Shown here piece after piece: positions 1 to 11,913 of a stretch of DNA of 55,761 nt. The notes beneath the pieces are model-generated. The model saw only the letters and a list, made by a program, of their open reading frames with translations, did no database searches and was not told where the DNA came from. Position numbers and translations under genes: made by a program. The number at the start of each line of letters is the position of its first letter. The first letter of the stretch is position 1. Source of the DNA: Neophaeotheca triangularis (lineage: Eukaryota); the NCBI GenBank assembly GCA_054600435.1, contig BAAIJX010000086.1, forward strand, positions 1 through 55,761, read 5' to 3'.

Positions 1-107
1 CACTACCTCCCGATAGTCGGTTCCGTCGAATTCAATTTGCTCTTAAATTATAAAACCAATTATATTACTTTAACCCTCTCAAATCCATTCCGGTTTTTTG
101 CCTTTTA

Positions 108-128
108 CCCCCCCCCCCCCCCCCCCCC
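108..128. repeat. poly-C homopolymer (21 nt) near window start
   Basis: Direct read: 21 consecutive C, preceded by AT-rich low-complexity sequence. Confidence 0.9.
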
Positions 129-728
129 ACCACGATGCCTCTCTTTAATTAAATATCTTCAAGCATGGTTTCTCGGCTTTACACAATTGGGGTTGTATTA
201 GTTGCTTGCAGAAAGAAACACTCGTCAGTGTACTGTGATGTTGGACCACTCTCGCTAGGCGTTCTCGTTGCTGGTTGTATGGGCAGAAAAGTCTGTGCCT
301 GAGAGGTGAGGCAGACTGACGAGCTGACTAGCCCACTTTCGGATATCTACCCGGACGAAGCCAAAGTGGCCACCAGCACGGGGACCAGCACCGGACGTCC
401 GTTGCCGTCGATCAAGTTGGACCAACCTGTGATTCAGAAGCCATGCGCCACTTCGTCATCAGTCCAGGTTGCTCTAATCTCCATCAGCACTGCCACAGTG
501 GCAGAAGACAATGTTATTCATTATGTCGGTCCTCGTTACGGCTGAAACACCTCAGTCTCCAACGCCGCCAACCTGCCTGGCTTCTCGCAGCTAAGATCAC
601 ACAAGACAGCCAAGCAGCCGCTAAAGCCCACAATCTCGAGGCTTCGCATGTGACAAGCACTACAGACCCGCTGATAACGGCAGTCAAGCCTACTTGGCAC
701 GCCCGGGACATAGCCCCCGGCGACAGCA

Positions 729-2804
729 ATGCCCACCCTCGACGTCTCGGACTTTAACATCGTTTGCGCGACGTTGGGTGGATTTATTTCTCTATTCGGA
801 CTGGTATCATACCTGGTTAAAGAAAAATTCTACCTGTCCGAAGCACTGGTCGCTTTAATCGCCGGCATCATCTTCAGCCCCCATGCCGCCAATTTTATCA
901 AACCGCTCGAGTATGCCAACCATAACCCCGAAGCTCTCGAGACGATAACACTGTACTTTGTGCGCCTGGTGTTGGGAGTGCAGCTGGTTCTTGCGGGTGT
1001 GCAGCTGCCCAGCAAGTACTTGAAGAAGGAATGGAAGAGTCTGTCGCTTCTGCTAGGGCCGGGCATGTGTGCTATGTGGATGTGCACAAGCCTGATGGTT
1101 TGGGCATTGGTACCGGACATCAATATCTTGTTCGCCTTGGGCGTCGGCGCCAGTGTCACGCCTACAGACCCGGTCTTGAGTGCTGCCATTGTCAAGGGCA
1201 AGTTCGCAGATAAGAACATCCCGAAGGAACTAGGATATCTGGTGAGCGCCGAGAGTGGGTGCAACGACGGGCTGGGCTATCCTTTCTTGTTCTTGGCGCT
1301 ATATCTCATCAAATATACTGGCGACCATGGCTTAGGGCAGGAAGGAGGCGCGCAGAAGGCTATGGGCTTGTGGTTCGGCGAAACTTGGGGTTACACGGTC
1401 TTGATGTCGGTTGTCTACGGAGCGCTCGTGGGCTGGCTTGCAAAGAAGATGCTACACTGGGCTGAAGACCGCAAGTATGTCGACCGAGAGTCTTTCCTGG
1501 TCTTTGCGATCACTCTCGCGGTAAGTTGCGCCCGGGAAACGAACGCTTTGCGGCAATCTAACCTTTTCTACTAGCTCTTTATCATCGGCACAGTCGGTAT
1601 GATAGGCAGTGACGACGTCCTGGCTTGCTTTATTGCAGGTAACGTCATGACATGGGATGACTGGTTCCGCGTCGAGACCCAGGATGACTCCCTCCAGCCG
1701 ACAATCGACATGCTGCTGAACGTTGCGGTTTTCATGTGGTTTGGAGCCGTCTGTCCCTGGCACAAATTTGTCGCTAACAATGTTGTGCCTATCTACCGGC
1801 TGGTGCCACTTGGCATCATGGTCCTTCTCTTCCGACGACTACCCTTGGTCCTGCTTTTACATAAACAAATTCACCAGACGGAGCGATGGCGCCAAGCATT
1901 CTTCGTCGGATTCTTCGGACCCATGGGAGTCTCTGCAATCTTCTATCTCTACATCTCCCGGGAGTTCTTGCGGAAAATCGATGTCGAAGGCCAAGAGCGT
2001 GAAGACGCTTACCATCTGGGAGAAGTGATGGAAGTTGTCATCTGGTTCCTTGTCATTTGCTCAATCGTCGTTCATGGCTTGTCAATCTCCTTTGGCAAAT
2101 TGGGCTTCTACCTTCCACGAACCATCTCCACTGCCGTCTCTAGCGAGAGAGCTTCCACGGCACCGGCAGGAGAACCGATCGATCCGGAAGAGCCACGACC
2201 CTTCCATCTCCGCAAGCACGCGGTAGAGTCCGAACACGCTGTTGTCAGGTGGTTGCAGAGGCTGCGAGGTGGTAAGAAGACGGGCCCAAACGAGGAGGGT
2301 CACGCTCTCGGCGAAACGGGTAGAGCTGTCGCAGCAGTGGGCAGACATATCAAGAACGACCTTGAGAGGCCCGAGGGCGCTGTTACACACGGCGAAGACG
2401 GCGGGCAAGGGCCGAATCAGGCCAAGGTCGTTCACGGTGACAATTCCGAGGAGACTTTGGCCTCTCATGGTGCATCAGTCGATGACACGCACCCGAACAT
2501 CTCTGCTCCGACAAACGCGAGACTCATTGGGCGTTCCATCAACGCGTCTCCTGTGGCGGAGGTACCCAGGCCATCGGATGCAACTCAAAAGCCAGATGCA
2601 CTGAATCAAGGAGGTCAGCATGCGCAGCGTCGTAGCTATATTGCAGCCCCAGGGACAGCGACGACCACGTTCTCCGGACAGAGAAGCATACAATTCGCCG
2701 ATCAGTCCAGCTTTGGGACTCCACAGGGTGGCGCTTCGAGTCATCGCAGTACTACGCCCGTTCCGAAGGGGGAGGGAGAGGAAAATTGGCATAGAATCGC
2801 CTGA
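729..2804 (+). CDS. Plasma-membrane Na+(K+)/H+ antiporter, Nha1/Sod2 (CPA1) family; exons 729-1520, 1575-2804
   Basis: Hydrophobic multi-TM N-terminus with TPTDPVLS, ESGCNDGLGYPF and FFGPMGVSAIFY motifs. Intron 1521-1574 (GTAAGT..CTAAC..CTAG) joins the two ORF-track frames. Long hydrophilic C-terminal tail. Confidence 0.92.
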
Positions 2805-3377
2805 ACACGGACCCTACAGTCTGCGCCCCGCCGATATAAACGAGTAACAGCCGCGCTCGCTCATATACGCTATCAAAACAGCACATTCCCCTGATTCCCC
2901 TGAATTGGAAAAACAAAGCTTAACCCTCGTCGCTAGGTCAGTAGGTGGTAATCAGTTCAGCCGGGCACTGCTGCTCGCACTACTGAGCAGGAAGCCGCTC
3001 GGTTCTTGGCACGCTCGATCCTTGACGTGCTCAGTACTTGGAGTCCGGTCGTTAGCGTTCCTGGCTTATGTACAATGAAAAGCTTCAATCTTGGTCTGCG
3101 CTCGGGTTAAGGTTGTCCGTAACAATCAACTTGATCCGTTACGATAACGGCTGGCCTACCTCTCTTTACTAGTTCAGATAGCTTAACCCCAAGAAAATTT
3201 GGGAAAAGAAGAGGCACTGATCGTGGGATTGAATAGAGGTTAAGAACACTGTTGTTGAGCAAGTAGCGAACATCCGCTTCCACATTGTTGTCGAAGCAAA
3301 TCTTTCTGTCAGCGTTGTCTGCCACCGCTCTCAAGACTACCTAATAGGGAATGTTGAAGATCAAGTTGCGCTGTCAC

Positions 3378-5305
3378 TCAGGTAAATGTCTGTCGCTCGG
3401 ATGCATTACGAAGGGCCCAGCCTTTGAGTGCCAATAGAACGATGATCCAAGACATGAGAAGCCCGGCGAATCCCATAGTGACTGTGGAGAAAAACATGGC
3501 ATCCACGTCGAAACGGACCATGGCATTCACGGTATCGGCAGACTGAGAAGACTGTAAGCTCGTGATCCGGTGAGGGGGGGTTGGATTGAAAACCCACGCT
3601 AGCCATGAGAATCATCCCGCCAGCCATCAGTCCAAATGATGTAAGTGGCTCGGTCGGAGGGTGGGAGGGTAGGGTTGAGCAAGGTGGTTTGATATACATC
3701 ATCACATAAGTCAGGATGCGCGCGAGAGAACTTGCCGTCAAGAGGTTGCCCCATTGCTTGTGAATCATGGTCGAGATCATCGAGTCTTGAGCATGAGAGC
3801 TCATCATGACGCCGGTAAGTGAGATGACCAGCGCGGGTAGCGGGTTCGGGGTTATCGAAGATTGGCGAGGCAAGCCGGACACGTGGCCCTTTTCCTCTTG
3901 AAAATTCGAGTCCAGCTGCTCTGAGAGGCCAGTTTCGGTGACTGTAGGAACAAGGAGCGCTCGGATGTTGCTTGATTCAACGAGCATGCCGCACTGAGGA
4001 CGACTGTCAGCAGATCGAGCGCAACACTTTTGGACTGGGAAAGAGTGCCTCACCAAGCCACCGCCAATGAACAGAACGGTAATCGCTACGTGCTCCAAAT
4101 CGCGCGCTTCCCATTTCCCGCCGGGATTGCTGAGATGCTCGAGGAAGATGTTGGTCGCACCGTAGAAGAAGATGAGAGCGCTCTCGACAAATCCAGCAGA
4201 CGGTGTCCAGCCGCTCACAGAAGTGGCTAAGTGGGCGTTCCATGCCTGTCACCGCGTCAGAGTTTGGCGTCCCATGTCAACCACGAATGGCATGTAAAGA
4301 ACAACGTACCCAGCCAATGTCCGCAAACGCACCGGCCCAGCGTGCAAGGGTGAAGAATCCTAGCCAGATGAACGCGCTGCCTTTGATCCAGTGGGCAACT
4401 CCATTTAGCATGTTGTTTCCCTCCTGCGGAAGTCAGCTAGTCGCTCACGGAAGGTCTGGAGATCGGTGTTTGTCTTACGAAGAAACCTCCAAATGCGACA
4501 ATACCCGTACACAGCGCACTATATCCAAGGATTAGGAGACTCCGACTGGTCAAGATGCCAATGACGGATATTGTTTTCCGCGCGCAGTGGATCAATTTGT
4601 TCATGGGTCGTCCCACGTCGGCGCCCCTCGAGACGTGGCGAGCCGAAGTCATGGGGTTGTCATCGAATCCCACGTCGGCCTCTCGATCGTCACCCCCCGA
4701 GGATGTCAATGAGCCCGCGGGAGGCTTGGTCAAGGGTGGTGTGTAGATCTCAGAGCCTTGACCACTGTCGCGAGATAATCGATATTCGTTAGGCGAATGG
4801 TCGTTGTCAGAGCCATGCTCCTCCAACGTTTCTGACAACAGCGGCATGAGTCTTTGGCGGTCACTCGAATCCAGTCGGAAAGCAATGAGTCGTCTCAACA
4901 GGCCAGATGCACTGCTCAAGTGGCCGACGATAAGCTGCACCACGGCAATCCAGGTAACTGCCCAGCCCAGCTTGTGATGTGCATTGTTTGGGTAAAGATC
5001 CGGCGTCCTGGAGTTATACATGGCCCCAAGCAATAACCCGAGGCTGTGTAAAAGTATGAATCCGATCCTAGCCAGAGATGTGTATCGATGGTGTGCAAGA
5101 GAAAACACCGTAGCTGAAAGAAGGTCATTAGGTTTTTTATTCCTCATTGGGGGTGATTTGCGAGTCGCGGCTTACCAACAGGCAATATGATGGCCCAGAC
5201 AATCACCATCAGAGTTGCGTGAGCATGAATGAGAGTCGTGTGATGTTCAAGCTCGAAATATGTGGCAGGGTGCTGATCGTCAGCGAGGCCACTGGCTGGT
5301 TCCAT
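3378..5305 (-). CDS. YTP1-like integral membrane protein (DUF2427 + Ytp1-type domains), multi-exon
   Basis: Exon 1 MEPASGLADDQHPATYF..HAHATLMVIVWAIILPV, then intron 5114-5175. Later motifs YNSRTPDLYPNNAHHKLGW, HWIKGSAF, FVESALIFFYGATNIFLEHL, HKQWGNLL. Last exon ends ..LKGWALRNASERQTFT* at 3378. Start codon is tentative. Confidence 0.8.
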
Positions 5306-5996
5306 GATGCTTGGGTTGGCGGATTTAGAGGAAGGCCTTCTGGGATAGATGGGACGGAGACGAAGTCAGGTCAGCAAGACTGAGACATAAGGTATATGTA
5401 CGTCAAGGCATCGGGCGGCGAAGTAATGGCTTTTTATGTATCGGCCGGCCATGTTCGAAGCAGCTCGGACGACAGCATTTGGTTCGCGATCGCATCATCA
5501 GCCCCATGCCCCGTCGAGTGAGGTGACGAATCTACACATGGGCAGTCGCAAAACTGTTACCGGATCAGTGATGAGCTGAGTATCAATACTAAATAGCCTT
5601 GTGAAGGATGGATGAGTAAGTGCACGGCTTGTATGGCTTGTTGTCTGCTGACATGATCTCTTATGCGAGCTTGGCTGAGGTGATGTTTGGTCACGAATAT
5701 ATAGACTAGACTAACCCAAAGAAGCATGCGTTTTGCGAGCGGCCCCAAGGTAACCTGGAAGCTCTTTATTTATCATCATTCCCTACCTTTTATATGTACA
5801 ACCTTGCATTCATCGTCAGCCTCCCGCCCAGACCGAAGACCCCGGGGCCAGGGCACAGGCAACCCGGTGTACTAGTACATGAAAGGCACGTCACGCCGTG
5901 CATCGCAACTCAACTTCTGCTTCCGGTATCTAACTTGGTCGCAACCGATTAACTCATCCAGGGCAGCTCTGGCATCGCTACCATCGGGTCGTAATA

Positions 5997-7643
5997 ATGG
6001 TCAATCGTGGCCGCTCTACCGGATGTTTGACATGCAAGCAGCGTCACGTCAAATGTGACGAGGCAAAGCCCGAATGCCGGTCGTGTATCCGCCTGTCACT
6101 TCGCTGTCGAGGCTACTGCAGGCCCACCAAGAAGGCCAATCTGGTCTTCAAAGACGAAACTCGCAAGTTCTTTGCCTCCAAGCCGATTCCGACTTCGAGT
6201 CGCTCGCCCAGGTCTTCTTTTGCTCAGCACATCAAAGCCCCAAAATGCCCCAAGCAGCCTTCCGTCCCAGACGATGCCGTCGCTTTCTATCTCCACCACT
6301 ACGCCAACATCGGCCGTGAAATGGCATCCACCCGTGGCTTTTTCGAGCTGTTGATCCCGGCCTACCAGTCGCAGCCGCAAGACTCGCCGCTCTCGCTTGC
6401 CGTGTCGACGTTGTCTGAAGAAGTGCTATCTGTGTGGCGGCAGGACGCCACCAGCTTCCGCACCATACGCCAATCCTATTCTCACGCAATCTCTCGACTT
6501 CGTGCTGCAACGCAGGATCCTGTCGAGCGACGTAAGCCAGCCACAACACTGGCCGTGTTGGTGCTTCAGACCTATGAGAACGCCTCAGCCGTCTACGACC
6601 TTCGCTGGGCCTCGAGCATCCACCACAATGGTGCAGCTTCTTTGCTCTCCTCTGTTGACTCGGATGACACTGACGCAAATGTGCGCTCTTACTTGCGCAA
6701 GTTCATGTTACACACCGAAGTTTCCTCCGCCCTGCGGCAGAGGAAACCCTTGAAGCAAGTTGCATACTCGTGGATCGGAGGCGGAGATGTGATGCAAGTC
6801 CCAGATAATCCCAGCTCAGCACTTGACAATATTGGAGCATCAGTTGCCGACCTGCAGGCCAACTATGCGCAATTCGTCACGCAGAGTCGCTCTGTGACAG
6901 TCTCAGAATCCACCCTGGAACAATGGAGGACCGAATCAAAGCGGCTACATACCATGCTCTTAACTTGGGCGGAGAGCCTGCCAACTCACTGGAGACCTCT
7001 CAGACTTGAAAGTAGTCAGGACTTCGACCCTTCCATACCCAGCTTCCAGTCCACCTGCGAGGTATACCCTTCCTGCCAAATAGCCAGCGTCTGGAATTTC
7101 TGGCAGTTCCAACGCCTCATTACGGTCAACATTATTCTGGGCTCCTTTAGTGACTTCGCAAGCGTCGGACTCGTGGGAGACCCCTTCGACATGGTGAACT
7201 GGCAATCCACATACCAAGATATCATTGACAGTATATGCTATAGCATACCCTTTTACCTTGGCAATCGTATCAAGAGGACCAGTCTCTCGGACTTCACACG
7301 CCTGGAACTCTTGCTTCCTAGCGACAGGCACGATATCGATACCGAAATGTCACAGGATGATTATAGACGCCATGTCATCGCTCAGGGCCCGTGGCGCGCC
7401 ATACACCCTCTCAGCCACCTACTGACCCTCTTCTCTGAGGATCACAGTGAGACAATAGCGAGCCTACCAAGACCTGGGCAGCGAGAATGGATCCGCGATC
7501 AATTCCTAAGAGTCGCCGAAATCTTGCACCTTCCCCTGACATCAGACTATGATGTGAAGCTGTCAAAATCGTCCGCCGACGTGACAGCTGGCTTGTTGGC
7601 CAAGAATATCAGAAAGGGCGCTGTGCTTATGAGTGGATCGTGA
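5997..7643 (+). CDS. Zn(II)2Cys6 fungal transcription factor
   Basis: N-terminal binuclear cluster GCLTCKQRHVKCDEAKPECRSCIRLSLRC followed by a fungal TF middle region; single 548-aa ORF. Confidence 0.92.
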   Translation: MVNRGRSTGCLTCKQRHVKCDEAKPECRSCIRLSLRCRGYCRPTKKANLVFKDETRKFFASKPIPTSSRSPRSSFAQHIKAPKCPKQPSVPDDAVAFYLHHYANIGREMASTRGFFELLIPAYQSQPQDSPLSLAVSTLSEEVLSVWRQDATSFRTIRQSYSHAISRLRAATQDPVERRKPATTLAVLVLQTYENASAVYDLRWASSIHHNGAASLLSSVDSDDTDANVRSYLRKFMLHTEVSSALRQRKPLKQVAYSWIGGGDVMQVPDNPSSALDNIGASVADLQANYAQFVTQSRSVTVSESTLEQWRTESKRLHTMLLTWAESLPTHWRPLRLESSQDFDPSIPSFQSTCEVYPSCQIASVWNFWQFQRLITVNIILGSFSDFASVGLVGDPFDMVNWQSTYQDIIDSICYSIPFYLGNRIKRTSLSDFTRLELLLPSDRHDIDTEMSQDDYRRHVIAQGPWRAIHPLSHLLTLFSEDHSETIASLPRPGQREWIRDQFLRVAEILHLPLTSDYDVKLSKSSADVTAGLLAKNIRKGAVLMSGS

Positions 7644-7664
7644 GTTGGGGGAAACGCATCCTAG

Positions 7665-7841
7665 GCGAGCCGAGCTACTGTAAATGTCTTCACTGCCACT
7701 AAGCTCGTCTACGCCATAACTACTGTTCGGATCCCTTTCAGTAAAGGCAATTCCACTGTCAATGCGATCTGGTATACTGCCTTCAAAGACCCCAAAGCAA
7801 AGCTTCCCACCATGATTATCGGAAGAGCACTCTCCCGGTGA
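7665..7841 (+). pseudogene. Possible relic of an alpha/beta-hydrolase gene (fragment)
   Basis: Stop-bounded frame reads RATVNVFTATKLVYAITTVRIPFSKGNSTVNAIWYTAFKDPKAKLPTMIIG. This resembles the segment preceding the GxDG motif in fungal DHPON-hydrolase-like proteins; no rest of the gene is visible. Confidence 0.3.
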
Positions 7842-8744
7842 CAAGAAGCTACACACGGCTCGAGCAATGATGCCGCGAAAAGGACCACTCACAGGAAGCC
7901 GACCAGACGACGCCAAATGCTCGATTCAGATTTGAGCAGCCCGGAGCCGCAGGCCTGGGAACATGACGGAGACGAGAAACGGCCCCAGGCTGCAAATACT
8001 GTTCGCATCACTATGTATTTGGTCCTTGAAAATGCTGCCGGAAGTATCTCCAGTCCAGACTCGCCATGAGTGCTGTGACGGTCGCAGACAATCAAGCCGC
8101 CAGGGAGCCAAAGCAAGCAGACAGCGAGAAAGATTTCTTTGTTCCCTGGTAATCACTTCTGATATTTGCGCTTTGTCAACTGGCTATGAACTGGCCACGA
8201 TTCGCACCCGCGGAAGGCAATCCTATTGAAGGTGATGGATCATTGTCGTTCGCAATCACTTGCCCTAGAGAAGGATATTGAGTACTGCTAGTGAGAGACA
8301 ATGCCGTTCCCGGTCCTGTTGCGGCAGTTCAAAGAACTCCCTTTGTCCTATGGTCGGATCCCAACTCGCTCGTCTGCGCCTTTCGCGAACCTAGACAAAG
8401 GCTTCCTAACGAGCTAACCGTAGCCGGGAATCTCGATTGAAATGCATCCCAGTGGCTTCACACTCAGGGGAAGCTCACTTTGAGATAGTGGCTGAAGCAC
8501 TAATCTTGTTATTTTCGTAAGCATTGTTAGGCGTTTGCTATTGTTGCTATTGTCAAACTCATGTATACCGGAAATGTAACTGCTCGTTCTTTGTGTTGTC
8601 GTATCTCTTCCTTCTCTCCCCCCTCTCAGCGAGTAGAGGAACTCCGTTGCAAGACACACTGCTACAAAACTCGAGGCGACAACTACTTGATCCCCTCTAC
8701 TACATATCTTTCAACAACGATCGAGACCACCGAGCACTACCACA

Positions 8745-10535
8745 ATGGCACCAAAAGCAGCCAAGATAGAGATCCCTGGCGAAAGGAAGTCGAAAAGAAC
8801 CAGGAAGGCCCCAGATGTGTTCACACCCAGCAAGCCCACTGGAGTCCAGAGGGCGAAGGAGCCAAAGAAGAAGGCAGCACCGAAGAAAGCAGATGCACCC
8901 AAGCCCAAGCCCAAGCCCAAGAAGGCGCCCGCGAAGAAAAGCGCTCTCAGCAAGGAAGTGGTTGTCAACGAAGAAACACCGCCTTCGGATACACCGAGCG
9001 ACGAAGCCGTCAAAGTCCCCGGCAAGCTTGCTAGGAAGACCAAGGCAGCCGAGAAAGCTGGCCCAGAGCCATCTGGAGACAACAAGGACGCTGGAGAGAA
9101 GGATCTCCCGGCCAAGAAAGCATCAAAGACCAGCAAGGCTACGGGTCCTGCCCCTGAGGCCGAGAAGCCCGAGTCAGCACCAAAGGTCGCAGAGGCAGCG
9201 ACACCGCTGAAAGCAAGCGCAGCGGGAACTGCGGCAAGGAAGAAGGAAGTCCTGGCTCTGGCAGAGTTCTCGGGCAGAATGCCCTCGAGGTCCAATTCCC
9301 TACCGCGAAAGAAGAACGCGAATAAAGCAACCCCTGCCAAGAAGCGGAAGTCCGAGTCTGGCGACAGAGGTGACCTTCCCCCCGGCGGGCTGAAGGGAGC
9401 AAAGGCGGCTATGAAGTCGTGGCTCAACAGCGTCAAAGACGGCCGCGTTGGCAAACAGTGGCGGGCCGGGGCTGCGCATGTCCCGGGCAGGACAGCCGTC
9501 GGCCTCAGCAGCCCGGACAACAGATGCTACATCAACGCGCTCCTGCAGTGCTTCGCCCACCAGCCCTTCATCCTCAACTACCTCGAAAACATCCATCAGA
9601 GGTGCGTCCGGTTGCCGGCAAAGTGCGTGGTTTGCGCCTTGCGGCAATTCCTCCAAGCATACTGGGCGAAAGAGGATCCTCAGCTTCTCGAGACGGAATA
9701 TTCAACTCTCCGCGGAGCTCTCTTGAGCGAGTTTCCCAAACAGACCGTGTCCTACACCGATCTCAAGAACAGTCTGGAGACTTCGGGGCAAGAAGATCCT
9801 ATACTAGTCCTTGCCTACCTCTTCGACATGATCGCGGTGCAAGCCAACAGCCTCCAGGAGTTCAACGCAGGCTTCGGAGTCATGCATCGCCGTGTTTGGA
9901 CCTGTGATGATTGCAACAAGAAGCATGATACAGGAGACATACCTTCACTTCTCGGGGATGGCCCTAGCATTACTGTGGGAGTCCCGATTATCTCTAAGCC
10001 GAAGAACTTCCAATTGTTCTTGACCGACCTCCTCCGGGAAGTGCACGTTCAAGAGCGAGAGATGGGCTGCGATTCCGAGCAATGCTACCAGGCGGCCGTC
10101 GCTTCCAGTGCAAGAAAGGGAACGGAAACCGGTGACAATCGGATCGGGGGATTGAAGACGCGACAGGTGAAGAACAAAGTCACATCCTCACCGGAAATTC
10201 TCTTCGTCCATCTAAACCGCGGCCAGTTCGACAAAAAAGGGGCCGCAATCAAAGTCCCGCGTAGAGTGAGATATGGCGAGTTCCTTCACCTCGGCGAGTA
10301 TTCCGACCAGAACCCTACCTTGATGTATCGACTCGATGGCGTGGTGTCTCACATGGGCACCGGCATGAAGAACGGGCACTATGTCGCTGGTGTTAGGGTC
10401 CGCGGTGGCAAGACATTTGTCACCATGGACGACGCAAACGCACCGCAGACCGCCCGGGGAGGAACGCTTGAGGAGTTGGAAGACCCCAAAGCTGGTTTTC
10501 TCCCACACATGCTCATGTACAGCAAAGTCGGCTGA
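8745..10535 (+). CDS. Ubiquitin-specific protease (USP/peptidase C19) with Lys/Ala/Pro-rich N-terminus
   Basis: Cys box GLSSPDNRCYINALLQC, QED motif, CxxC zinc-finger knuckle (CDDC), PEILFVHLNR, His box YRLDGVVSHMGTGMKNGHYVA and Asp in MDDA; intronless 596-aa ORF. Confidence 0.9.
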   Translation: MAPKAAKIEIPGERKSKRTRKAPDVFTPSKPTGVQRAKEPKKKAAPKKADAPKPKPKPKKAPAKKSALSKEVVVNEETPPSDTPSDEAVKVPGKLARKTKAAEKAGPEPSGDNKDAGEKDLPAKKASKTSKATGPAPEAEKPESAPKVAEAATPLKASAAGTAARKKEVLALAEFSGRMPSRSNSLPRKKNANKATPAKKRKSESGDRGDLPPGGLKGAKAAMKSWLNSVKDGRVGKQWRAGAAHVPGRTAVGLSSPDNRCYINALLQCFAHQPFILNYLENIHQRCVRLPAKCVVCALRQFLQAYWAKEDPQLLETEYSTLRGALLSEFPKQTVSYTDLKNSLETSGQEDPILVLAYLFDMIAVQANSLQEFNAGFGVMHRRVWTCDDCNKKHDTGDIPSLLGDGPSITVGVPIISKPKNFQLFLTDLLREVHVQEREMGCDSEQCYQAAVASSARKGTETGDNRIGGLKTRQVKNKVTSSPEILFVHLNRGQFDKKGAAIKVPRRVRYGEFLHLGEYSDQNPTLMYRLDGVVSHMGTGMKNGHYVAGVRVRGGKTFVTMDDANAPQTARGGTLEELEDPKAGFLPHMLMYSKVG

Positions 10536-11753
10536 GAAGTTGGCTTTTTTTTTTTAATAAAAAAAAAAGAATTGCAACGTGAACATAATTTTTGTCCATG
10601 ACATGCCCAGACTTTCCCGAAAAGGAAGACATGAGTGATGGTAGCGGCGTTCTCGAGACCTCAGGTAACGCTCGAAGCCAATTCGGGGCTCAACAGAGCC
10701 ACACGCGAGGCGAAGTCACTATGCATCGCCAGCCCAGCCTACACCGAACCCACCACGAGAGAAGCCCAGGAAGTTGCCGTAGACCAGGTAACCAGAACAG
10801 GGCATTTATCGGACACTTTATTACACTCAACGGGAGAAGAAAAAAAAAAACCAGCGCTGCCGTATGTCTCGGGTCGAGCTGGGTGAGGCCTGAGAGAGAG
10901 TCGCGTACCATGTCCAGAGAGCTGAAGACCGTCATGGAACGGTCGGTGCCCTGGCTCTCAGCTTCGCTTCTTTCGAAAGGGTGAGTCGTGATGGAGTTGT
11001 CGAATGTACGGCTTCGAGTGAGAGTCGCTGGAGTTGAAACGCAACTGGATGGATCAGTGTTAGGGTTTGAGTTGTACGGGGCCAAGGCAAGGGGCGAACG
11101 ACTTCCAACGCAGTAAGCTTTGAGGCGATTTTATTGCAGTTATGTGTATATCAATGATCTCCGTTGAAACACATGTCTCGTCAAAAAGGAGTGTACCGTG
11201 AAATCTGAACACCGTCGATCTCGCAACTCAAGTACTCATAAGCACTGCCTGGAGCAAGGCAACGCAACACGAGTGATCCCAATTTACAAACCATAGACAA
11301 CGTCTGAGACAGTAAAAGAAAAGTGGCAAAAAAGTGGCTCGAGTAAGTTAAATCTGCAGAACCCACCCCACCACCCCTCCTCCCCTCTGAGAAAGAGGGA
11401 GAGGAAGAAGGCAGACACAAGGGCAGGTCATCTATCTAGAAAAGGCTACAGATGCGGAGTGATTCCCAGCTCCCACCCTTCGAACCCCAGCAACCCCTCT
11501 CCATCTCCCACCACGTGTCGTCCGGCTCTCGTAATCGTTCGGGTTGTGCAAAAGACACTTTCTCTTCTGGTATTGGGTTTGGTATCACACGGTTTCTGTC
11601 CAGCAGCAAAGATAAAAACAAAAAGGAGAAGAGATTTCCCAGCCAATGCACCGATGTTGGCCCCCTCTGGGGATGTGCACAATAGCCAGATTCACGAAAC
11701 TCGCAATGATAATCAAAACTCCGGGTCCCGCGCTGTTGCTGCTGGATTCGTCA

Positions 11754-11780
11754 TGTGTGTGTGTGTGTGTGTGTGTGTGT
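11754..11780. repeat. (TG)13 microsatellite downstream of the kinase gene
   Basis: Direct read of tgtgtg... (27 nt). Confidence 0.95.
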
Positions 11781-11913
11781 ACCGGGTATGAGGTGAAGAG
11801 AATAGTCTCGTACATAGGAATATGTGAATGATGGATAGAGCCGATCGTCATGAAGAAGATGAAAGGGGGGCCGGAGCCAAGGGTCGTATAGGTCCATGGT
11901 GTGGGGAATCATC

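Noticed and set aside
99..110. GCCTTTTAC, identical to the U5 snRNA loop I
   Set aside because: No flanking stem and no Sm site; it runs directly into the poly-C tract.
1..128. AT-rich start plus poly-C mirrored by poly-G plus A-rich end (55646-55761), suggestive of terminal inverted repeats or telomeres
   Set aside because: Beyond the homopolymers the two ends are not reverse complements and there are no TTAGGG repeats. More likely the assembly breaks at long C/G runs with low-quality sequence beyond.
10544..10570. T-run/A-run inverted repeat after the USP stop, resembling a terminator
   Set aside because: Eukaryotic context and simple homopolymers; at most a 3'-end formation signal.
10592..11085. 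Short ORFs downstream of the USP gene
   Set aside because: No recognisable motifs, and they cross a poly-A run; treated as intergenic.
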